A stretch of DNA of 63,985 nucleotides, the filler included, from Candidatus Limnocylindrales bacterium (lineage in GTDB: Bacteria; Moduliflexota; Moduliflexia; Moduliflexales; JAUQPW01), in assembly GCA_035559535.1 (NCBI GenBank). It is 3 parts of 3 records of this genome, joined end to end, with 100 filler letters (N's around TTAATTAATTAA, not from the genome) between each part and the next. Parts side by side here need not be neighbours in the genome. Positions count along the whole stretch, not along the records: positions 47,331 to 63,985 come from DATMBG010000054.1; 2 more parts are not named here. The stretch is one strand, 5' to 3'. The notes below the pieces were generated by a model that did not search any database, was not told where the DNA came from, and saw nothing but the letters and a program-made list of their open reading frames with translations. Positions within the stretch are counted from its first letter, which is position 1. Each line of letters starts with the position of its first letter. The translations under genes were made by a program, and so were the position numbers. Positions 50,702 to 63,488 of the stretch are shown here, in pieces.

Positions 50702-50730
50702 AATATAACGGTAATTACAAAATCTATCAA
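50702..50730 (-). promoter_or_regulatory. Promoter of the rpsL (str) operon
   Basis: TTGATA-17 nt-TATATT. Confidence 0.6.
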
Positions 50731-50840
50731 GGGGTATCCAACAGGCTTCTGGCGTCTAGATAATTAAACAACAGACCGGGAACGACTTATAAAGGACCAG
50801 AACAATGGCTCATCACGCCCGGTAATTCTGAGCGGTCCCC

Positions 50841-50873
50841 GGGTAGGGGGGGGTTTCAAAACCACCCCTACCC
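50841..50873. repeat. REP-like palindrome downstream of rpoC
   Basis: GGGTAGGGGGGGGTTTCAAAACCACCCCTACCC (GTAG-type hairpin). Confidence 0.55.
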
Positions 50874-50932
50874 TCTGTGAAAACAATCGTGGAAAACTTG
50901 TAATTTTTTATGGCCGCTTATCCGGTAGTGGA

Positions 50933-53900
50933 TTATAAGTTTGCTTTAACAGTGGCTTTTCGATATCTTAACATCCCCGTTCCTGCCGGTATCAGTCGTC
51001 CTACGATTACATTCTCCTTTAACCCTCTCAGGTCATCTACTTTGCCGGAGATGGCGGCCTCTGTAAGTACCCGGGTCGTTTCCTGGAATGAGGCTGCTGA
51101 AATGAAGCTATCTGTACTTAGGCTGGCCACTGTAATTCCCAAGAGTTGGGGTCGTCCTCTGGCAGGACGGCCACCGGCTTTGATAACCCGCTCATTTTCT
51201 TCTTCAAAGGCAAATCGATCCACGTACTCATCCAGTAGAAATTCCGTATCTCCGGGGTCTACTATTTTGACCCTCCGTAACATTTGCCGAACGATGATCT
51301 CGATATGCTTATCGTTGATATTTACACCCTGGAGTTTGTAAACTTCCTGAATCGATTTAACCAGATATTTTTGGACCTCTTTAACACCCAGGACTCGTAA
51401 AATGTCATGGGGATTGGAAGGGCCATCCATCAAAGCTTCTCCGGCCTTGACCCGATCACCTTCTCGAACACTGATATGGACTCCTCTTGGAATGGAGTAT
51501 TCTTTCTCATCTCCACTATCATTACGTACAATCACTTTCCGGCTTCCTCGTGAGATACCTCCAAAGCTCACCACGCCATCAATCTCACTGATAATGGCGT
51601 ATTCCTTTGGTTTTCTGGCTTCAAAGAGTTCCACCACACGGGGCAAACCACCTGTAATATCCTTGGTTTTAGTGGTATCTTTGGGAATTTTGGCTATAAT
51701 ATCGCCTGCAGAAACCACCTGTCCATCTGCTACCTGCAAATGAGCTCCAATGGGAAGAGGAATCTTATAAGGTACCAGGGCCAGAACATCCCCTTGTTTC
51801 ACCCGTTGTCCGTTTTTAACTTCTAACTTGAGATAAGAATCGTGTTCCAGACTGAGAACTTTTTTCTGATCATTATCTCCCAAAATGGAAATAATGATCA
51901 TTCGATCCTTCTCCTGTTTTTCTATTTTGACTACTCCATCGATTTCGGCAATTCGGGGTAACATCACATCTTTGATACGTACCTTGGGTTGAACATCTTC
52001 CTTAAGGGGGATTCCCACCTTAGGGGTTGTTAAACCGGTCACTTCATCCAGATCTTCTTTAACGGTTACATCTTCAAAGGTGACAACACCCGGATATTCT
52101 GTAATGATCAGCGCAGAGTAAGGATCCCATTCAGCCAGGGTCTGATTTTTTTCCACTCGCTGTCCATCTCGAACCTTCAATACGGCTCCGTAGGGAAGAG
52201 GATGTCGTTCCCTTTCTCGACCTTTCTCGTCTAAAACGGCGATATATCCCACACCCGTTTTGCTCAGTACTACCAGATCTCCTTCTTTTCGGGCAACGGT
52301 TTTTAAATCAGAATGGAACTTTACGGTCCCGCTATTTTTAGCCGTTAAAACGGATCTTTCTACCACGATGGCGGTCCCTCCGATATGGAAGGTTCTCATG
52401 GTCAACTGGGTTCCTGGTTCTCCTATGGATTGAGCAGCAATGATTCCGACGGCTTCGCCGATATCGACTAACCTTCGAGTGGCTAAATTCCTGCCGTAGC
52501 AGAGGACACAAACCCCTCGTTTAGCCTGGCAGGTTAAGACCGATCGTATTTTAACACTTACCACCCCGGCCTGTTCTATTTTCTCGGCGTAGTCCTCATT
52601 GATTTCTTCGTTGGCTTTGACGATGACCTCTCCGGTATGAGGATCTTTGATATCATCTAGGGCAACGCGGCCTAAGATACGATCTTTCAAAGGCTCGATC
52701 ACATCGCCGCCTTCAATAATGGCCTCGATATCAATCCCATCCAGAGTCTGGCAATCATACTGGGAAACCGTCACATCCTGGGCGACATCTACGAGGCGTC
52801 GGGTTAAATAACCCGAATCTGCAGTTTTAAGAGCAGTATCGGCTAATCCTTTTCTTGCTCCATGGGTAGAGATAAAGTACTGGAGCACTGTAAGGCCTTC
52901 CCGGAAGTTAGCCTTAATGGGAGTTTCGATAATTTCTCCGGAAGGTTTCGCCATAAGACCTCGCATTCCAGCTAATTGACGTATTTGTTGACGGCTTCCA
53001 CGGGATCCCGAATCCGCCATCATATAAATAGGATTAAACTCTCCTTCACTGGGAGTCTTATGGCCGGCATACCTTCGTTCATCAATTTCCCCTTTTCTTC
53101 CCAGAAGGATCCCTTCCTGCTCCCGTTTCTCCAATTCCTCGAATATTTCTTTGGCAACTTCATCGGTGGTGCGGGACCAGATATCGATAACTTTATTATA
53201 ACGCTCTCCGTTGGTAATGATTCCACTCCGATATTGCTGTTCGACTTTCATCACTTCTTCTTCGGCCCGTTCAATCAACTCTTGCTTCTTGGGAGGAATA
53301 CGGATATCGTCGATACTAATGGAGATCCCAGACAGCGTGGCGTAGGTGAAACCCAAAGTTTTCAATCGATCTAGTACTTCTACGGTCGTCTGATTCCCAT
53401 ACTTCAGGTGAATATCCGCTACCAGCCGCTCCAACTTCTTCTTGGTCATATGTTCATTCAAGAAAGGATACCCTTGGGGAAGGATTTCGTTGAAGAGGAC
53501 GCGACCTACCGTTGTCGTTATGGAGCTTCCGTTAAGTCTTAATCTTATTTTCTCCAGGAGTCCCACTTTTTTATCATCGAAAGCGATTCGGACCTCTTGA
53601 GCATTGGCGAAAAATCTTAAGCTTTTTATACGATACACATCGGTCAGGTCTTTAACTTCGAAACCATTTATAGAGATGATTTTATCCCCAACGGCTAATC
53701 CGGCTCTTTCTGCGGGGCTCTTCTCAACAACTTTAAATACAGAAACTCCTCCCTTTGAAGTCCTATGCCCGTTACCTGAAGCGCTTTCAACGGCATCCAT
53801 CAATTTCACGGCCTCACTCCGAAGGCCCAGTCCTATTTTTGGAAAAAGGATCACATTCTCCTCCTCTTCCCGAGAGAGTCCGAATTCTGCCAGGAGTTCT

Positions 53901-55600
53901 GGGGTTGGGTAATTAAAATCCTCGGGGAAGTTTCCCAGTTTTATCTTTAGAATTGTTTGTTTTTCTCCCTTCTTATCTTCAGCTTCGTCGGAGGGATGGA
54001 TAACCGTTATCTCATCGGGAAGCTCCTGACATTCTTTGGTTAAGTAGTAGATCCCCAGAACCATGTCCTGGCTGGGAAGAGCCAGGGGGAGTCCATTGGC
54101 CGGGGACAGGAGATTGCTGGTTGCCATCATGAGCACTTTGGCTTCAATTTGGGCCTCAATGGAAAGGGGTACATGGACTGCCATTTGATCCCCATCAAAA
54201 TCGGCATTAAATGCCGCACAAACCAGAGGATGGATCTTGATGGCTTTTCCCTCCACCAGGACCGGTTGAAAGGCTTGGATACCGGCGCGATGAAGGGTAG
54301 GGGCCCGGTTAAGTAATACCGGATGTTCTTTAATAACCTCTTCTAAAACATCCCACACCTCCGGGGCTTCCCTCTCCACCATCTTCTGGGCACTCTTCAT
54401 GGTGGTGGTATAACCATGTTCTTGAAGTTTATTAAATATAAAAGGCTTAAAGAGCTCCAAAGCCATTTTCTTAGGAAGTCCACATTGGTATAACTTGAGT
54501 TCTGGCCCTACAACAATAACCGAACGTCCAGAATAATCCACCCGTTTACCTAGGAGGTTTTGTCTAAATCGCCCCTGTTTACCTTTGAGCATATCACTCA
54601 AAGATTTAAGCGGTCGATTCTTGGAGCCTCGAAGAACCCTTCCGCGTCTTCCGTTATCAAACAAGGCGTCTACCGACTCCTGGAGCATTCTTTTTTCATT
54701 ACGGATGATAACTTCTGGCGCTTTAAGTTCTTGAAGCCTTTTCAACCGATTATTTCGGTTAATAACCCTCCGATAGAGATCATTCAGATCAGAAGTAGCA
54801 AACCGACCCCCATCCAGAGGGACCAGAGGCCTGAGCTCGGGCGGCAGTACAGGAATCACTTCCAGAATCATTTCTTCGGGTTTACAACCCGATTTTCGAA
54901 AAGCTTCTACCACTTTAAGTCGTTTGGTAATTTTTTTCTTTTTCTGAACGGAAGATTCTTCTTTAAGTTGCGCCCGGAGTTCCTTAGCTAACTCTTCGAT
55001 GTTGACACGTTTCAAAAGATCCCGAATAGCCTCGGCTCCAATTCCAGCTTTAAATTTCCCGGCATAATCGGGATTTTCCATCAGCTCACGATAACTTTCT
55101 TCTGATAAGAGTTGTCGTTCCTCAAGGTCGGTATCTCCAGGATCAATCACCACATAATTTTCAAAATAAAGAATCGTTTCTAGTTTTTTTAACGGAATAT
55201 CCAGTAGCTGTCCGATTCTACTGGGAAGGCCCTTAAAAAACCAGATATGAGAAACCGGGCAGGCGAGTTCTATATGGCCCAGTCTTTCCCGCCTCACCCT
55301 GGACTGAGTTACTTCAACCCCACATTTTTCGCACACTACTCCCCGATAGCGAATTCTCTTGTACTTTCCGCACAGGCATTCCCAGTCTTTAATGGGACCG
55401 AAGATCTTGGCGCAGAATAATCCATCCCGCTCCGGTTTAAAAGTTCGATAATTAATCGTTTCAGACTTTTTTACTTCCCCATGAGACCATTCTCGAATCT
55501 TGTCCGGAGAGGCTAAAGATATTTTAATGGCATCAAAATTCAGGCTACTATGAGTTCCTCTAAAAAGTTCTAATACGTCTTGCATTCTTTTTAGCCACAC
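50933..55600 (-). CDS. rpoC: RNA polymerase beta-prime subunit with a PDZ-like insertion
   Basis: NADFDGD, Zn-finger Cys residues, QLTMRTFH; start may be ATG 55585. Confidence 0.98.
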   Translation of the reverse strand: MWLKRMQDVLELFRGTHSSLNFDAIKISLASPDKIREWSHGEVKKSETINYRTFKPERDGLFCAKIFGPIKDWECLCGKYKRIRYRGVVCEKCGVEVTQSRVRRERLGHIELACPVSHIWFFKGLPSRIGQLLDIPLKKLETILYFENYVVIDPGDTDLEERQLLSEESYRELMENPDYAGKFKAGIGAEAIRDLLKRVNIEELAKELRAQLKEESSVQKKKKITKRLKVVEAFRKSGCKPEEMILEVIPVLPPELRPLVPLDGGRFATSDLNDLYRRVINRNNRLKRLQELKAPEVIIRNEKRMLQESVDALFDNGRRGRVLRGSKNRPLKSLSDMLKGKQGRFRQNLLGKRVDYSGRSVIVVGPELKLYQCGLPKKMALELFKPFIFNKLQEHGYTTTMKSAQKMVEREAPEVWDVLEEVIKEHPVLLNRAPTLHRAGIQAFQPVLVEGKAIKIHPLVCAAFNADFDGDQMAVHVPLSIEAQIEAKVLMMATSNLLSPANGLPLALPSQDMVLGIYYLTKECQELPDEITVIHPSDEAEDKKGEKQTILKIKLGNFPEDFNYPTPELLAEFGLSREEEENVILFPKIGLGLRSEAVKLMDAVESASGNGHRTSKGGVSVFKVVEKSPAERAGLAVGDKIISINGFEVKDLTDVYRIKSLRFFANAQEVRIAFDDKKVGLLEKIRLRLNGSSITTTVGRVLFNEILPQGYPFLNEHMTKKKLERLVADIHLKYGNQTTVEVLDRLKTLGFTYATLSGISISIDDIRIPPKKQELIERAEEEVMKVEQQYRSGIITNGERYNKVIDIWSRTTDEVAKEIFEELEKREQEGILLGRKGEIDERRYAGHKTPSEGEFNPIYMMADSGSRGSRQQIRQLAGMRGLMAKPSGEIIETPIKANFREGLTVLQYFISTHGARKGLADTALKTADSGYLTRRLVDVAQDVTVSQYDCQTLDGIDIEAIIEGGDVIEPLKDRILGRVALDDIKDPHTGEVIVKANEEINEDYAEKIEQAGVVSVKIRSVLTCQAKRGVCVLCYGRNLATRRLVDIGEAVGIIAAQSIGEPGTQLTMRTFHIGGTAIVVERSVLTAKNSGTVKFHSDLKTVARKEGDLVVLSKTGVGYIAVLDEKGRERERHPLPYGAVLKVRDGQRVEKNQTLAEWDPYSALIITEYPGVVTFEDVTVKEDLDEVTGLTTPKVGIPLKEDVQPKVRIKDVMLPRIAEIDGVVKIEKQEKDRMIIISILGDNDQKKVLSLEHDSYLKLEVKNGQRVKQGDVLALVPYKIPLPIGAHLQVADGQVVSAGDIIAKIPKDTTKTKDITGGLPRVVELFEARKPKEYAIISEIDGVVSFGGISRGSRKVIVRNDSGDEKEYSIPRGVHISVREGDRVKAGEALMDGPSNPHDILRVLGVKEVQKYLVKSIQEVYKLQGVNINDKHIEIIVRQMLRRVKIVDPGDTEFLLDEYVDRFAFEEENERVIKAGGRPARGRPQLLGITVASLSTDSFISAASFQETTRVLTEAAISGKVDDLRGLKENVIVGRLIPAGTGMLRYRKATVKANL

Positions 55601-55658
55601 AGACCCCTAGATCACAGAGCTTTATTTGCTCTGTGTCCACCGGGTCTATGTGACCGCG

Positions 55659-58600
55659 TTAGCTTTGCTGGATCAATTCAACATCCAGAGCCAGGCTTTG
55701 AAGTTCTTTCACTAAAACATTAAAGGATTCTGGAACTCCAGGTTCAAGCACATGACGTCCTTTGACAATAGCCTCGTAGATTTTAGTTCTTCCTACCACA
55801 TCATCCGATTTAACCGTTAGCAGCTCCTGTAAATTATAGGCGGCACCATAAGCTTCCAGGGCCCAGACTTCCATCTCACCGAAACGTTGACCCCCAAATT
55901 GAGCTTTTCCTCCCAAAGGTTGTTGGGTAACTAAGGAATAAGGTCCAATGGATCGGGCATGCATTTTATCATCCACCAGGTGAGAGAGCTTCATCATATA
56001 GATGTACCCAACGGTTACTTCTTGATCAAAGGCTTCCCCAGTTCGTCCATCATAGAGGGTCGTCTTCCCTGTTTCCGGCAAACCGGCCAGCCGCAGCTTC
56101 TCGCGGATGGTTTCTTCTTTGATTCCGTCAAATACAGGAGAAGCAACATATACGTTATCCTTCAAAGAACGCGCAAGGTTTTTAACTTCTTCTTCGTTTG
56201 CCTCATTCAGGAAAGCTTCTACCTCTTTTGCTATTCGGGTTCCGTTGTAAATCCCTTTAATAAGATCTTTTAATTTTTGAAGAGTTTGTTGCTTATTACC
56301 GGAAGGCTGTTGTCCGTTGCCTGATGCCACAGAATCAGAAGCCCTGGATCCTGAGTTTTTATCCCAGGCCTCAAGCTCTTTCAGATATTGAGCGACTTTC
56401 TTACCTAACTCCCGACAGGCCCAACCGAGATGGGTTTCAAGGATTTGACCCACATTCATTCGCGAAGGAACTCCTAAGGGGTTTAAAATAATCTCAATGG
56501 GGGTACCATCGGGGAGGTAAGGCATATCCTCTTCCGGAAGAATTTTCGCCACCACGCCTTTGTTTCCGTGTCTTCCTGCCATTTTATCTCCCACGGATAA
56601 TTTACGTTTAACCGCGATATACACTTTAACCAGTTTGACAACTCCTGGAGGCAGTTCATCCCCTGTTTTCAGTCGACCGGTTTTTTCATTCATAATCGTC
56701 TCCAGGATATGAATTTGATCCATGGCATTTTCCTGGAGCTGGTCCATTTCTTCTTTCACGTCCTGGATTTCCAGGATTTTAATCTTGTTAAAATCTTCTG
56801 TGGGAATCGAAGCAAGTTTTTCAGGCGTGATTTTCTCCCCCTTAGAGAGCAGAACCTCCTGGGTGGTAGGATCCACATAATCCTTGGCAACCACCTTACC
56901 TTTCAAAAGACCGATGAGCTTTTTGCGGAGTTCGTCTTTAACGATCTTGATCTCATCCTCGTAATCTTTTATAATTTTGGCTATTTCGGCATCTTCAATG
57001 CTTAAAGCCCGCTCATCCTTCTCAATTCCCTTTCGGGAGAAAACTTTGACATCGATCACAACCCCTTCGATGCCTTGGGGGGTATAAAGAGAAGCATCCT
57101 TTACATCACCGGCTTTTTCTCCAAAGATCGCCCGCAAGAGTTTTTCTTCCGGAGATAGCTGAGTTTCTCCTTTGGGCGTTACCTTCCCCACTAAAATATC
57201 CCCGGGCTTAACTTCTGCGCCGATTCGGATAATGCCACTTTCATCTAGATTGCGTAAAGCTTCTTCACTGACGTTGGGAATATCCCGCGTGATTTCTTCT
57301 CGACCCAGTTTGGTATCCCGGGCTTCGATTTCACATTCTTCGATATGGATGGAAGTAAAAAGATCTTCCTTAACTACTTTTTCACTTACCAGAATGGCAT
57401 CCTCAAAGTTATAGCCCCCCCAAGGCATAAAAGCCACCAGCACATTACGGCCCAGGGCTAACTCTCCGTGGTCGGTTGCAAATCCATCGGCGATAACTTG
57501 GCCGGCTTTAACCCGTTCTCCTATTTTCACCAGGGGAGTTTGATTAATACAGGTATTTTGATTCGAGCGCTGGAATTTGGTCAAATTATAGATGTCCACC
57601 ATGGAATTCGCTTCATTCTCTGAATCCTGGAAATAGTTGGTTGAGTACCGGTCTACAATTTCAGATTCCCCATCTGCCCGAATGACGATACGACGAGAAT
57701 CCACATCCTCTACCACACCCGAGCGTCTGGCAATAACCAAAGCACCAGAATCCCTTGCGGCGATTCGTTCCATTCCGGTTCCAACTAAAGGAGCATCTGT
57801 TTTAAGTAAGGGAACGGCCTGACGTTGCATGTTGGAACCCATCAAGGCCCGGTTTGCATCGTCATTTTCCAGAAAAGGAATTAAAGAAGCCGAGACACTG
57901 ACCAGCTGTTTGGGAGAAACATCCATGTAATCCACCTGGTCGGGTGGAACCATTACGAATTCACCGCGACGTCTGGCAGAGATGCGATCCCGAATAAATC
58001 TTCCTTCTTCATCTATCTCTGCGCTGGCCTGGGCGATGGTATATTGTTCGTCTTTGAAAGCCGCCAGAAATTCTATTTCATTGGTCACACGAACGGTTCC
58101 ATCTTTATCCTTGACGACTTTTCGATAGGGCGTTTCTATAAATCCAAAATCGTTGATCCGGGCATAGGTACTTAAGCTCGCAATCAACCCAATGTTAGGT
58201 CCTTCTGGAGTTTCAACCGGACAGATTCGCCCATAGTGGGTCGGATGCACGTCCCGCATTTCAAACTCAGCACGTTCACGGCTTAATCCTCCTGGTCCTA
58301 AGGCACTTAGCCGCCGTTTGTGCGTAAGCTCGGATAGTGGGTTCGTTTGATCCATGAACTGGGAAAGTTGCGAACTCCCAAAGAACTCTTTGACAGCATT
58401 GGTAACCGGTTTGGCGTTGATCAGATCATGGGGCATGACCGTATCCAACTCCTGTAAACTCATACGTTCTTTGGTAGCTCGTTCCATCCGCACAAGTCCA
58501 ATTCTAAATTGATTCTCCAGGAGTTCTCCAACGGAGCGAACCCGGCGATTTCCAAGATGATCGATATCGTCTATGTTTCCTTCTCCCATTCGGAGCCGGA

Positions 58601-60071
58601 GCATGTATTTAATAATCTCAATGAGGTCTCTAGAATCTAAAGTTCTGTGGTCCAAAGGCTTATTTAATTTCAGCTTTTCATTGACTTTTAATCGACCTAC
58701 TCGGGAAAGATCATAACGTTCTGGATTGAAGAAAAGGTTTTTAAAAAGTTTTTTCGCACTATCCAGCGTAGGGGGATCCCCCGGGCGGAGCGTTCGATAG
58801 ATCTCTATGAGAGCCTCATCCTTACTCTTAATAGGATCTTTCTTGAAGGCGTTACTCAGGGCATCTCCACCCACGGAGTTGTCTATCAGAAGGACTTCGA
58901 TTTCTTGAATCGGGCTCTGGACAATACGAGCAATGGCTTCTTCACTAATTTCCTCATTACAGGCCAGAATAATCTCTCCAGTCTCTGGATCTACGATATC
59001 TTTGGCTACCACACATTCGGTGAGGTGTTGGGAATATACCGGAATCTCTTTAATTTGGTGTTGCTTTGAGAGTTTTAAAGCCCTTTTCGTAATTTTCTTA
59101 TCTTTCTCTAAAATGACGGTCCCATCCGGAGCGATTACATCTGTTGCTGCGGTAAAGCCCCGAAGGAATTCATCCAGTGCATCTGGACTGGAAACCTTTA
59201 AATCCGGGTTGATGACCACCGAGCAAGTTTGGCCTTTTAAGGATTTATCAACCTCATCAAATTTGAAAGTGATAATATCATAAAATGTACGCAGGATATT
59301 TTCTGTTGAATCCAGATTCAAAGAATCCGGTAGCGTTTCACCTCTTTCCTCGGCTTCCTTTATTTCTTCTTCAACGATATACTGAAGAGCTCGGATAAAG
59401 GTACTTACTAAGATTTTTCGTTTTTTATCGATACGGACATATAGATAATCTTTATAGTCAAATTCAAGCTCCAACCAGGATCCTCGATACGGAATTACCC
59501 GGGCGCTGTAAAGGATTTTGCCACTTGCATGGGTCTTTCCCTTATCATGGCTGAAAAATATACCCGGAGATCTATGCATTTGACTGACGACGGTTCTCTC
59601 TGTCCCATTTATAATGAAAGTTCCTTTGGGAGTCATCAGGGGGATTTCCCCAAAATAGATATCCTGTTCTTTAATGTCCCGAACCGATTTTGCTTTTGTC
59701 TGCTCGTCTTGTTCCCAGGTAACCAATCGAACTTTTACCTTAAGAGGTGCCGCATAGGTCATGCCGCGCTCTCTACATTCATTTACTTCATACTTAGGTT
59801 TCAAGAAGTAGTAGCTATCAAACTCCAGACGAGCCATTTCATTGAAATCCACTATGGGAAAGACGCTCTTAAAGACCTCTTGCAATCCGATATCTTTTCG
59901 TTGTTCCGGAGGAGTATTAATTTGCAAAAATTTCTCATAGGATTCCTGTTGGATCTCTATGAGATTAGGGATCTCCAGTATAGTGGGTATTTTGGCAAAA
60001 TCTAAGCGGTTTCGACCGGTAGAAGTTATTTCCTCCAAAAACTTCGGAGTTTTCTGTTTAGTTTCTTGCAT
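55659..60071 (-). CDS. rpoB: RNA polymerase beta subunit
   Basis: [33 protein letters not shown]. Confidence 0.98.
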   Translation of the reverse strand: MQETKQKTPKFLEEITSTGRNRLDFAKIPTILEIPNLIEIQQESYEKFLQINTPPEQRKDIGLQEVFKSVFPIVDFNEMARLEFDSYYFLKPKYEVNECRERGMTYAAPLKVKVRLVTWEQDEQTKAKSVRDIKEQDIYFGEIPLMTPKGTFIINGTERTVVSQMHRSPGIFFSHDKGKTHASGKILYSARVIPYRGSWLELEFDYKDYLYVRIDKKRKILVSTFIRALQYIVEEEIKEAEERGETLPDSLNLDSTENILRTFYDIITFKFDEVDKSLKGQTCSVVINPDLKVSSPDALDEFLRGFTAATDVIAPDGTVILEKDKKITKRALKLSKQHQIKEIPVYSQHLTECVVAKDIVDPETGEIILACNEEISEEAIARIVQSPIQEIEVLLIDNSVGGDALSNAFKKDPIKSKDEALIEIYRTLRPGDPPTLDSAKKLFKNLFFNPERYDLSRVGRLKVNEKLKLNKPLDHRTLDSRDLIEIIKYMLRLRMGEGNIDDIDHLGNRRVRSVGELLENQFRIGLVRMERATKERMSLQELDTVMPHDLINAKPVTNAVKEFFGSSQLSQFMDQTNPLSELTHKRRLSALGPGGLSRERAEFEMRDVHPTHYGRICPVETPEGPNIGLIASLSTYARINDFGFIETPYRKVVKDKDGTVRVTNEIEFLAAFKDEQYTIAQASAEIDEEGRFIRDRISARRRGEFVMVPPDQVDYMDVSPKQLVSVSASLIPFLENDDANRALMGSNMQRQAVPLLKTDAPLVGTGMERIAARDSGALVIARRSGVVEDVDSRRIVIRADGESEIVDRYSTNYFQDSENEANSMVDIYNLTKFQRSNQNTCINQTPLVKIGERVKAGQVIADGFATDHGELALGRNVLVAFMPWGGYNFEDAILVSEKVVKEDLFTSIHIEECEIEARDTKLGREEITRDIPNVSEEALRNLDESGIIRIGAEVKPGDILVGKVTPKGETQLSPEEKLLRAIFGEKAGDVKDASLYTPQGIEGVVIDVKVFSRKGIEKDERALSIEDAEIAKIIKDYEDEIKIVKDELRKKLIGLLKGKVVAKDYVDPTTQEVLLSKGEKITPEKLASIPTEDFNKIKILEIQDVKEEMDQLQENAMDQIHILETIMNEKTGRLKTGDELPPGVVKLVKVYIAVKRKLSVGDKMAGRHGNKGVVAKILPEEDMPYLPDGTPIEIILNPLGVPSRMNVGQILETHLGWACRELGKKVAQYLKELEAWDKNSGSRASDSVASGNGQQPSGNKQQTLQKLKDLIKGIYNGTRIAKEVEAFLNEANEEEVKNLARSLKDNVYVASPVFDGIKEETIREKLRLAGLPETGKTTLYDGRTGEAFDQEVTVGYIYMMKLSHLVDDKMHARSIGPYSLVTQQPLGGKAQFGGQRFGEMEVWALEAYGAAYNLQELLTVKSDDVVGRTKIYEAIVKGRHVLEPGVPESFNVLVKELQSLALDVELIQQS

Positions 60072-60204
60072 TTTTTGTCCTTAGTGCACGACACGGATTC
60101 TGATACGAATACACCGGTTTACAACTTAACCGGTGTATTCATAACAAAATCCGTGTCGTACGCAACTGACAATCTTATACGAGCGTACCGCTGCGCGCCC
60201 GTAC

Positions 60205-60588
60205 TTATTTTATTTCAACGGTTCCACCCGCTTCTTCTATTTTTTTCTTAATGTTCTCTGCTTCTTCTTTGGAAATGCCCTCCTTGATAGGTTTCGGAGC
60301 GGCCTCAACCAGGTCCTTAGCTTCTTTTAAACCGAGTCCTGTTAATTCCCGGACAACCTTGATAACCTGGATCTTTTTCTCTCCAGCCCCTGTTAAAATC
60401 ACATTAAACTCTGTTTTCTCCTCTTTCTTCTCAGCAGGAGCCGCCACCGTGGTAGCAGGTCCTGCAGCTACAGGAGCCGCAGCTGTTACACCAAACCTGT
60501 TTTGAAGGGTCGTAACCAGTTCATTGAGTTGTAGAACCGACATATTTTCGATGAAGGAAATTACATCCTCCATGGTAACCTGTGCCAT
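60205..60588 (-). CDS. rplL: 50S ribosomal protein L7/L12
   Basis: [25 protein letters not shown] 60588 has SD AAAGGAGA. Confidence 0.97.
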   Translation of the reverse strand: MAQVTMEDVISFIENMSVLQLNELVTTLQNRFGVTAAAPVAAGPATTVAAPAEKKEEKTEFNVILTGAGEKKIQVIKVVRELTGLGLKEAKDLVEAAPKPIKEGISKEEAENIKKKIEEAGGTVEIK

Positions 60589-60649
60589 TGTTTCTCCTTT
60601 GGTCAAAAATGCAATACGTAATGCGTGGATACGGTAGAGGGTTTACGCA

Positions 60650-61171
60650 TTACGCATTCGCTTTTTTATCTGCTATTGCCTGCAAGGTATAAATAAGTTG
60701 TCGTAAAACCCCCTGTAAGGTCCATACTAAATTTGTAATAGGTGATTTCATCGTCGCCAGTAACTGGGCGAGTAATACTTCTCGGGAGGGGAGTTCCGCA
60801 AGCTTCTCTATTTCTTGAGGACCTAGGGGCGTACCGTCGATAACCCCACCCTTGATTTGAAAGTTCGGGACATCTTTAGCAAATTTTGTTAATACTTTTA
60901 TGGGAGTTGCCGGATCTCCCTGGAAGAAGGCAACCCCGGTTGGGCCCGATAAAAATTGTTCTAGGGGTTGAAACGGGGTATTCTGAATAGCAAGCCTGGT
61001 CAGAGTGTTTTTTACCACTTTGTATTCTACCGGAAAGGTTCTGAGCTGCTTTCGCAATCTGGAAATTTGATCTACATTTACACTTCGAAAATCAACACAA
61101 ACGGCCAGGGAGCTCTTTTCAAAACTTTTCTTCAGAGATTCGACTTCTTCAACTTTTTCAGGTTTAACCAT
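60650..61171 (-). CDS. rplJ: 50S ribosomal protein L10
   Basis: VVKNTL, GPT, LA.LPSRE.L. Confidence 0.95.
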   Translation of the reverse strand: MVKPEKVEEVESLKKSFEKSSLAVCVDFRSVNVDQISRLRKQLRTFPVEYKVVKNTLTRLAIQNTPFQPLEQFLSGPTGVAFFQGDPATPIKVLTKFAKDVPNFQIKGGVIDGTPLGPQEIEKLAELPSREVLLAQLLATMKSPITNLVWTLQGVLRQLIYTLQAIADKKANA

Positions 61172-61183
61172 AGTTTAAGTACG

Positions 61184-61888
61184 CTAGCGGATTTCCGCTA
61201 CGACTCCCACAGGATCTAGCCTTATCCCCGGGCTCATCGTAGTAGAAACTGCTATACTGCGAATATATTGACCTTTGCTGGTAGCAGGCTTGAGTCTCAG
61301 GACCGTTTCCAATAAAGCTTTGGCATTCTCAATGAGTTTTTCAGCCGAGAATGACTTTTTCCCGATGGGAGCATGGATAATTCCTGCTTTTTCAACCTTG
61401 AAATCCACCTTACCAGCTTTAGCTTCCTTTACCATTCTTCCTACTTCAAAACCCACCGTTCCGGTCTTCGGATTCGGCATAAGCCCTCGAGGGCCCAGGA
61501 TTTTACCTAATTTGCTCACAGCTCCCATGAGATTAGGGGTTGCGATAACCCGATCGAATTCAAGCCAGCCCTGCTGAATTTTTTCTATATATTCATCTTT
61601 TCCCACATAATCAGCTCCGGCCTCCAGGGCTTCTTTTTCCTTCTCGCCTTCTGCAAAGACTAAAACCCGGACCGTTTTACCTATTCCATGGGGAAGTACA
61701 ACCGAACCACGAACCATTTGATCGGCTTTTCTGGGGTCTACGCCCAGTCGGATAGCCATCTCCACAGTCTCATCGAAGTTCGCATAGGCCACCTGTTTAA
61801 TCAACTGGATTCCTTCGGACAGGCCATACTTTTTATTTCTGTCGATCAATTTGAGGCTCTCCTGATATTTCTTACCATGCTTTGGCAC
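61184..61888 (-). CDS. rplA: 50S ribosomal protein L1
   Basis: [24 protein letters not shown] start at 61888. Confidence 0.97.
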   Translation of the reverse strand: MPKHGKKYQESLKLIDRNKKYGLSEGIQLIKQVAYANFDETVEMAIRLGVDPRKADQMVRGSVVLPHGIGKTVRVLVFAEGEKEKEALEAGADYVGKDEYIEKIQQGWLEFDRVIATPNLMGAVSKLGKILGPRGLMPNPKTGTVGFEVGRMVKEAKAGKVDFKVEKAGIIHAPIGKKSFSAEKLIENAKALLETVLRLKPATSKGQYIRSIAVSTTMSPGIRLDPVGVVAEIR

Positions 61889-61967
61889 AACCTTAAAAAG
61901 GATGAAGGTTAAAGGAGGAAGGAAGAATCTATACCCTGAGCTCTTCCTTCCCCCTTTATTTCTCACC

Positions 61968-62393
61968 TTATTCGACGATTTCGATTCCCATACTTCGAGC
62001 CGTTCCTTCTATAGTTCGAACGGCCGCTTCAAGAGTATCGGTATTGAGATCTGGCAGTTTTAACTTTGCGATTTCTCGAACCTGAGTTTTAGTCACTTTA
62101 CCGACTTTATTTCGATTGGGTTCTCCAGAGGCCTTTGCAATCCCTGCAGCTCGTTTGAGGAGGACCGCAGCCGGAGGAGTTTTTGTAACAAAAGTAAAAG
62201 ATCGATCTGAATAAATCGTTACAATGACAGGAATAATCAACCCCTCTTGTCCTTGGGTTTGAGCATTGAATTGCTTACAAAACTCCATGATGTTAACCCC
62301 ATGTTGACCCAAGGCAGGTCCTACGGGAGGAGAAGGATTTGCCTGTCCAGCCGGTACTTGTAATTTCACCTGAGCCACTACTTTTTTAGCCAT
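61968..62393 (-). CDS. rplK: 50S ribosomal protein L11
   Basis: [21 protein letters not shown]. Confidence 0.98.
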   Translation of the reverse strand: MAKKVVAQVKLQVPAGQANPSPPVGPALGQHGVNIMEFCKQFNAQTQGQEGLIIPVIVTIYSDRSFTFVTKTPPAAVLLKRAAGIAKASGEPNRNKVGKVTKTQVREIAKLKLPDLNTDTLEAAVRTIEGTARSMGIEIVE

Positions 62394-62471
62394 TCTGATA
62401 AACTCGAGGAGGCAGGAATGCGGAAATCATTTTCTCTGGTCCCCGCGTCTCCGTGTCCCCTTGTCCCCGCA

Positions 62472-63005
62472 TTACGTATTTTTCTCGACCTGCAAAAACT
62501 CTAATTCAACAGGCGTAGATCTACCAAAGATGGTTACCATCACCTTTAACTTCCCTTGTTCTGGATAAACTTCATCTACCACTCCAACAAAATTGGTGAA
62601 AGGTCCATCGATGATTCTAACTTCTTCACCTTTGTTGAACATCACTCTGGGCTGAGGTTTCTCTGACTTTTCCTTCATCTGTCGGATGATAGACTCCACT
62701 TCCGACTCTGGCAGGGGAGAAGGTTTGATCCCTCCAACAAATCCAGACACCTTCGGGGTATTTCGAATCGCATACCAGACATCATCCGACATCTTCATTT
62801 TGATGAAAATATAACCAGGGAAGAATTTCTTCGAATATTCCTGCTTTTTTCCGTCTCGGATTTGAACTTCAGGGGCTTCAGGTATAACAATCTCTTGAAC
62901 GTGATCGGACAGTCCAAGGGATTTTATACGCTGTTCTATATTGGCCTTAACTATTTTCTCAAATCCTGAGTAGGTATGAATAACGTACCACTTATAGGAA
63001 GACAT
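62472..63005 (-). CDS. nusG: Transcription factor NusG
   Basis: WYVIHTYSG.E, FPGY, KOW domain GPF..F.G, IFGR.TPVEL. Confidence 0.97.
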   Translation of the reverse strand: MSSYKWYVIHTYSGFEKIVKANIEQRIKSLGLSDHVQEIVIPEAPEVQIRDGKKQEYSKKFFPGYIFIKMKMSDDVWYAIRNTPKVSGFVGGIKPSPLPESEVESIIRQMKEKSEKPQPRVMFNKGEEVRIIDGPFTNFVGVVDEVYPEQGKLKVMVTIFGRSTPVELEFLQVEKNT

Positions 63006-63042
63006 GGGTTCTAACTTAATTTAAACTCACGTAGAATCCTTG

Positions 63043-63228
63043 TTACCTTTGCAATAAAAACTCGACCGCTCTGGAGAGAATCAAATCTATGACTCCCAGA
63101 AACAGTCCCATAAACAAGGTTGTAACAATGACAACGGTTGTAGCTCCTATGACTTCTTTCCTGGAAGGCCAGGAAATCCTTTTTAGTTCATTTCTTACCT
63201 CTTGGAGGAAGACCCAGACTTTTTTCAT
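63043..63228 (-). CDS. secE: Preprotein translocase SecE
   Basis: EL..ISWPSR.E plus one TM, between tRNA-Trp and nusG. Confidence 0.92.
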   Translation of the reverse strand: MKKVWVFLQEVRNELKRISWPSRKEVIGATTVVIVTTLFMGLFLGVIDLILSRAVEFLLQR

Positions 63229-63301
63229 GATAATTCTCTAAAAATTGAGCAATTTTTATCTACCGGCAAGTCCCACAAATCCACTGACTTCTTTTTGGAA
63301 A

Positions 63302-63377
63302 TGGCAGGCCAGGAGGGTCTCGAACCCCCAACCCCCGGTTTTGGAGACCGGTGCTCTACCAATTGAGCTACTGGCCT
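63302..63377 (-). tRNA. trnW: tRNA-Trp (CCA)
   Basis: AGGCCAGTAGCTCAATTGGTAGAGC...CTCCAAA...GGTTCGAGACC...GGCCTGCCA cloverleaf with encoded CCA. Confidence 0.95.
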
Positions 63378-63488
63378 TTCTTACCTGAAATCATCCAAAC
63401 AAATTACTTACTGAAAAGAAGAAAGTGGACGAGGTATCCTTTATTCACAAACAGGGAGCAAAGAAGAGAGCGGGATAAGTCTCATCCC

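Noticed and set aside
53615-54031. RpoC insertion as an intein
   Set aside because: It begins near a Cys but has no terminal His-Asn followed by Cys/Ser/Thr and no intein blocks; PDZ motifs fit better
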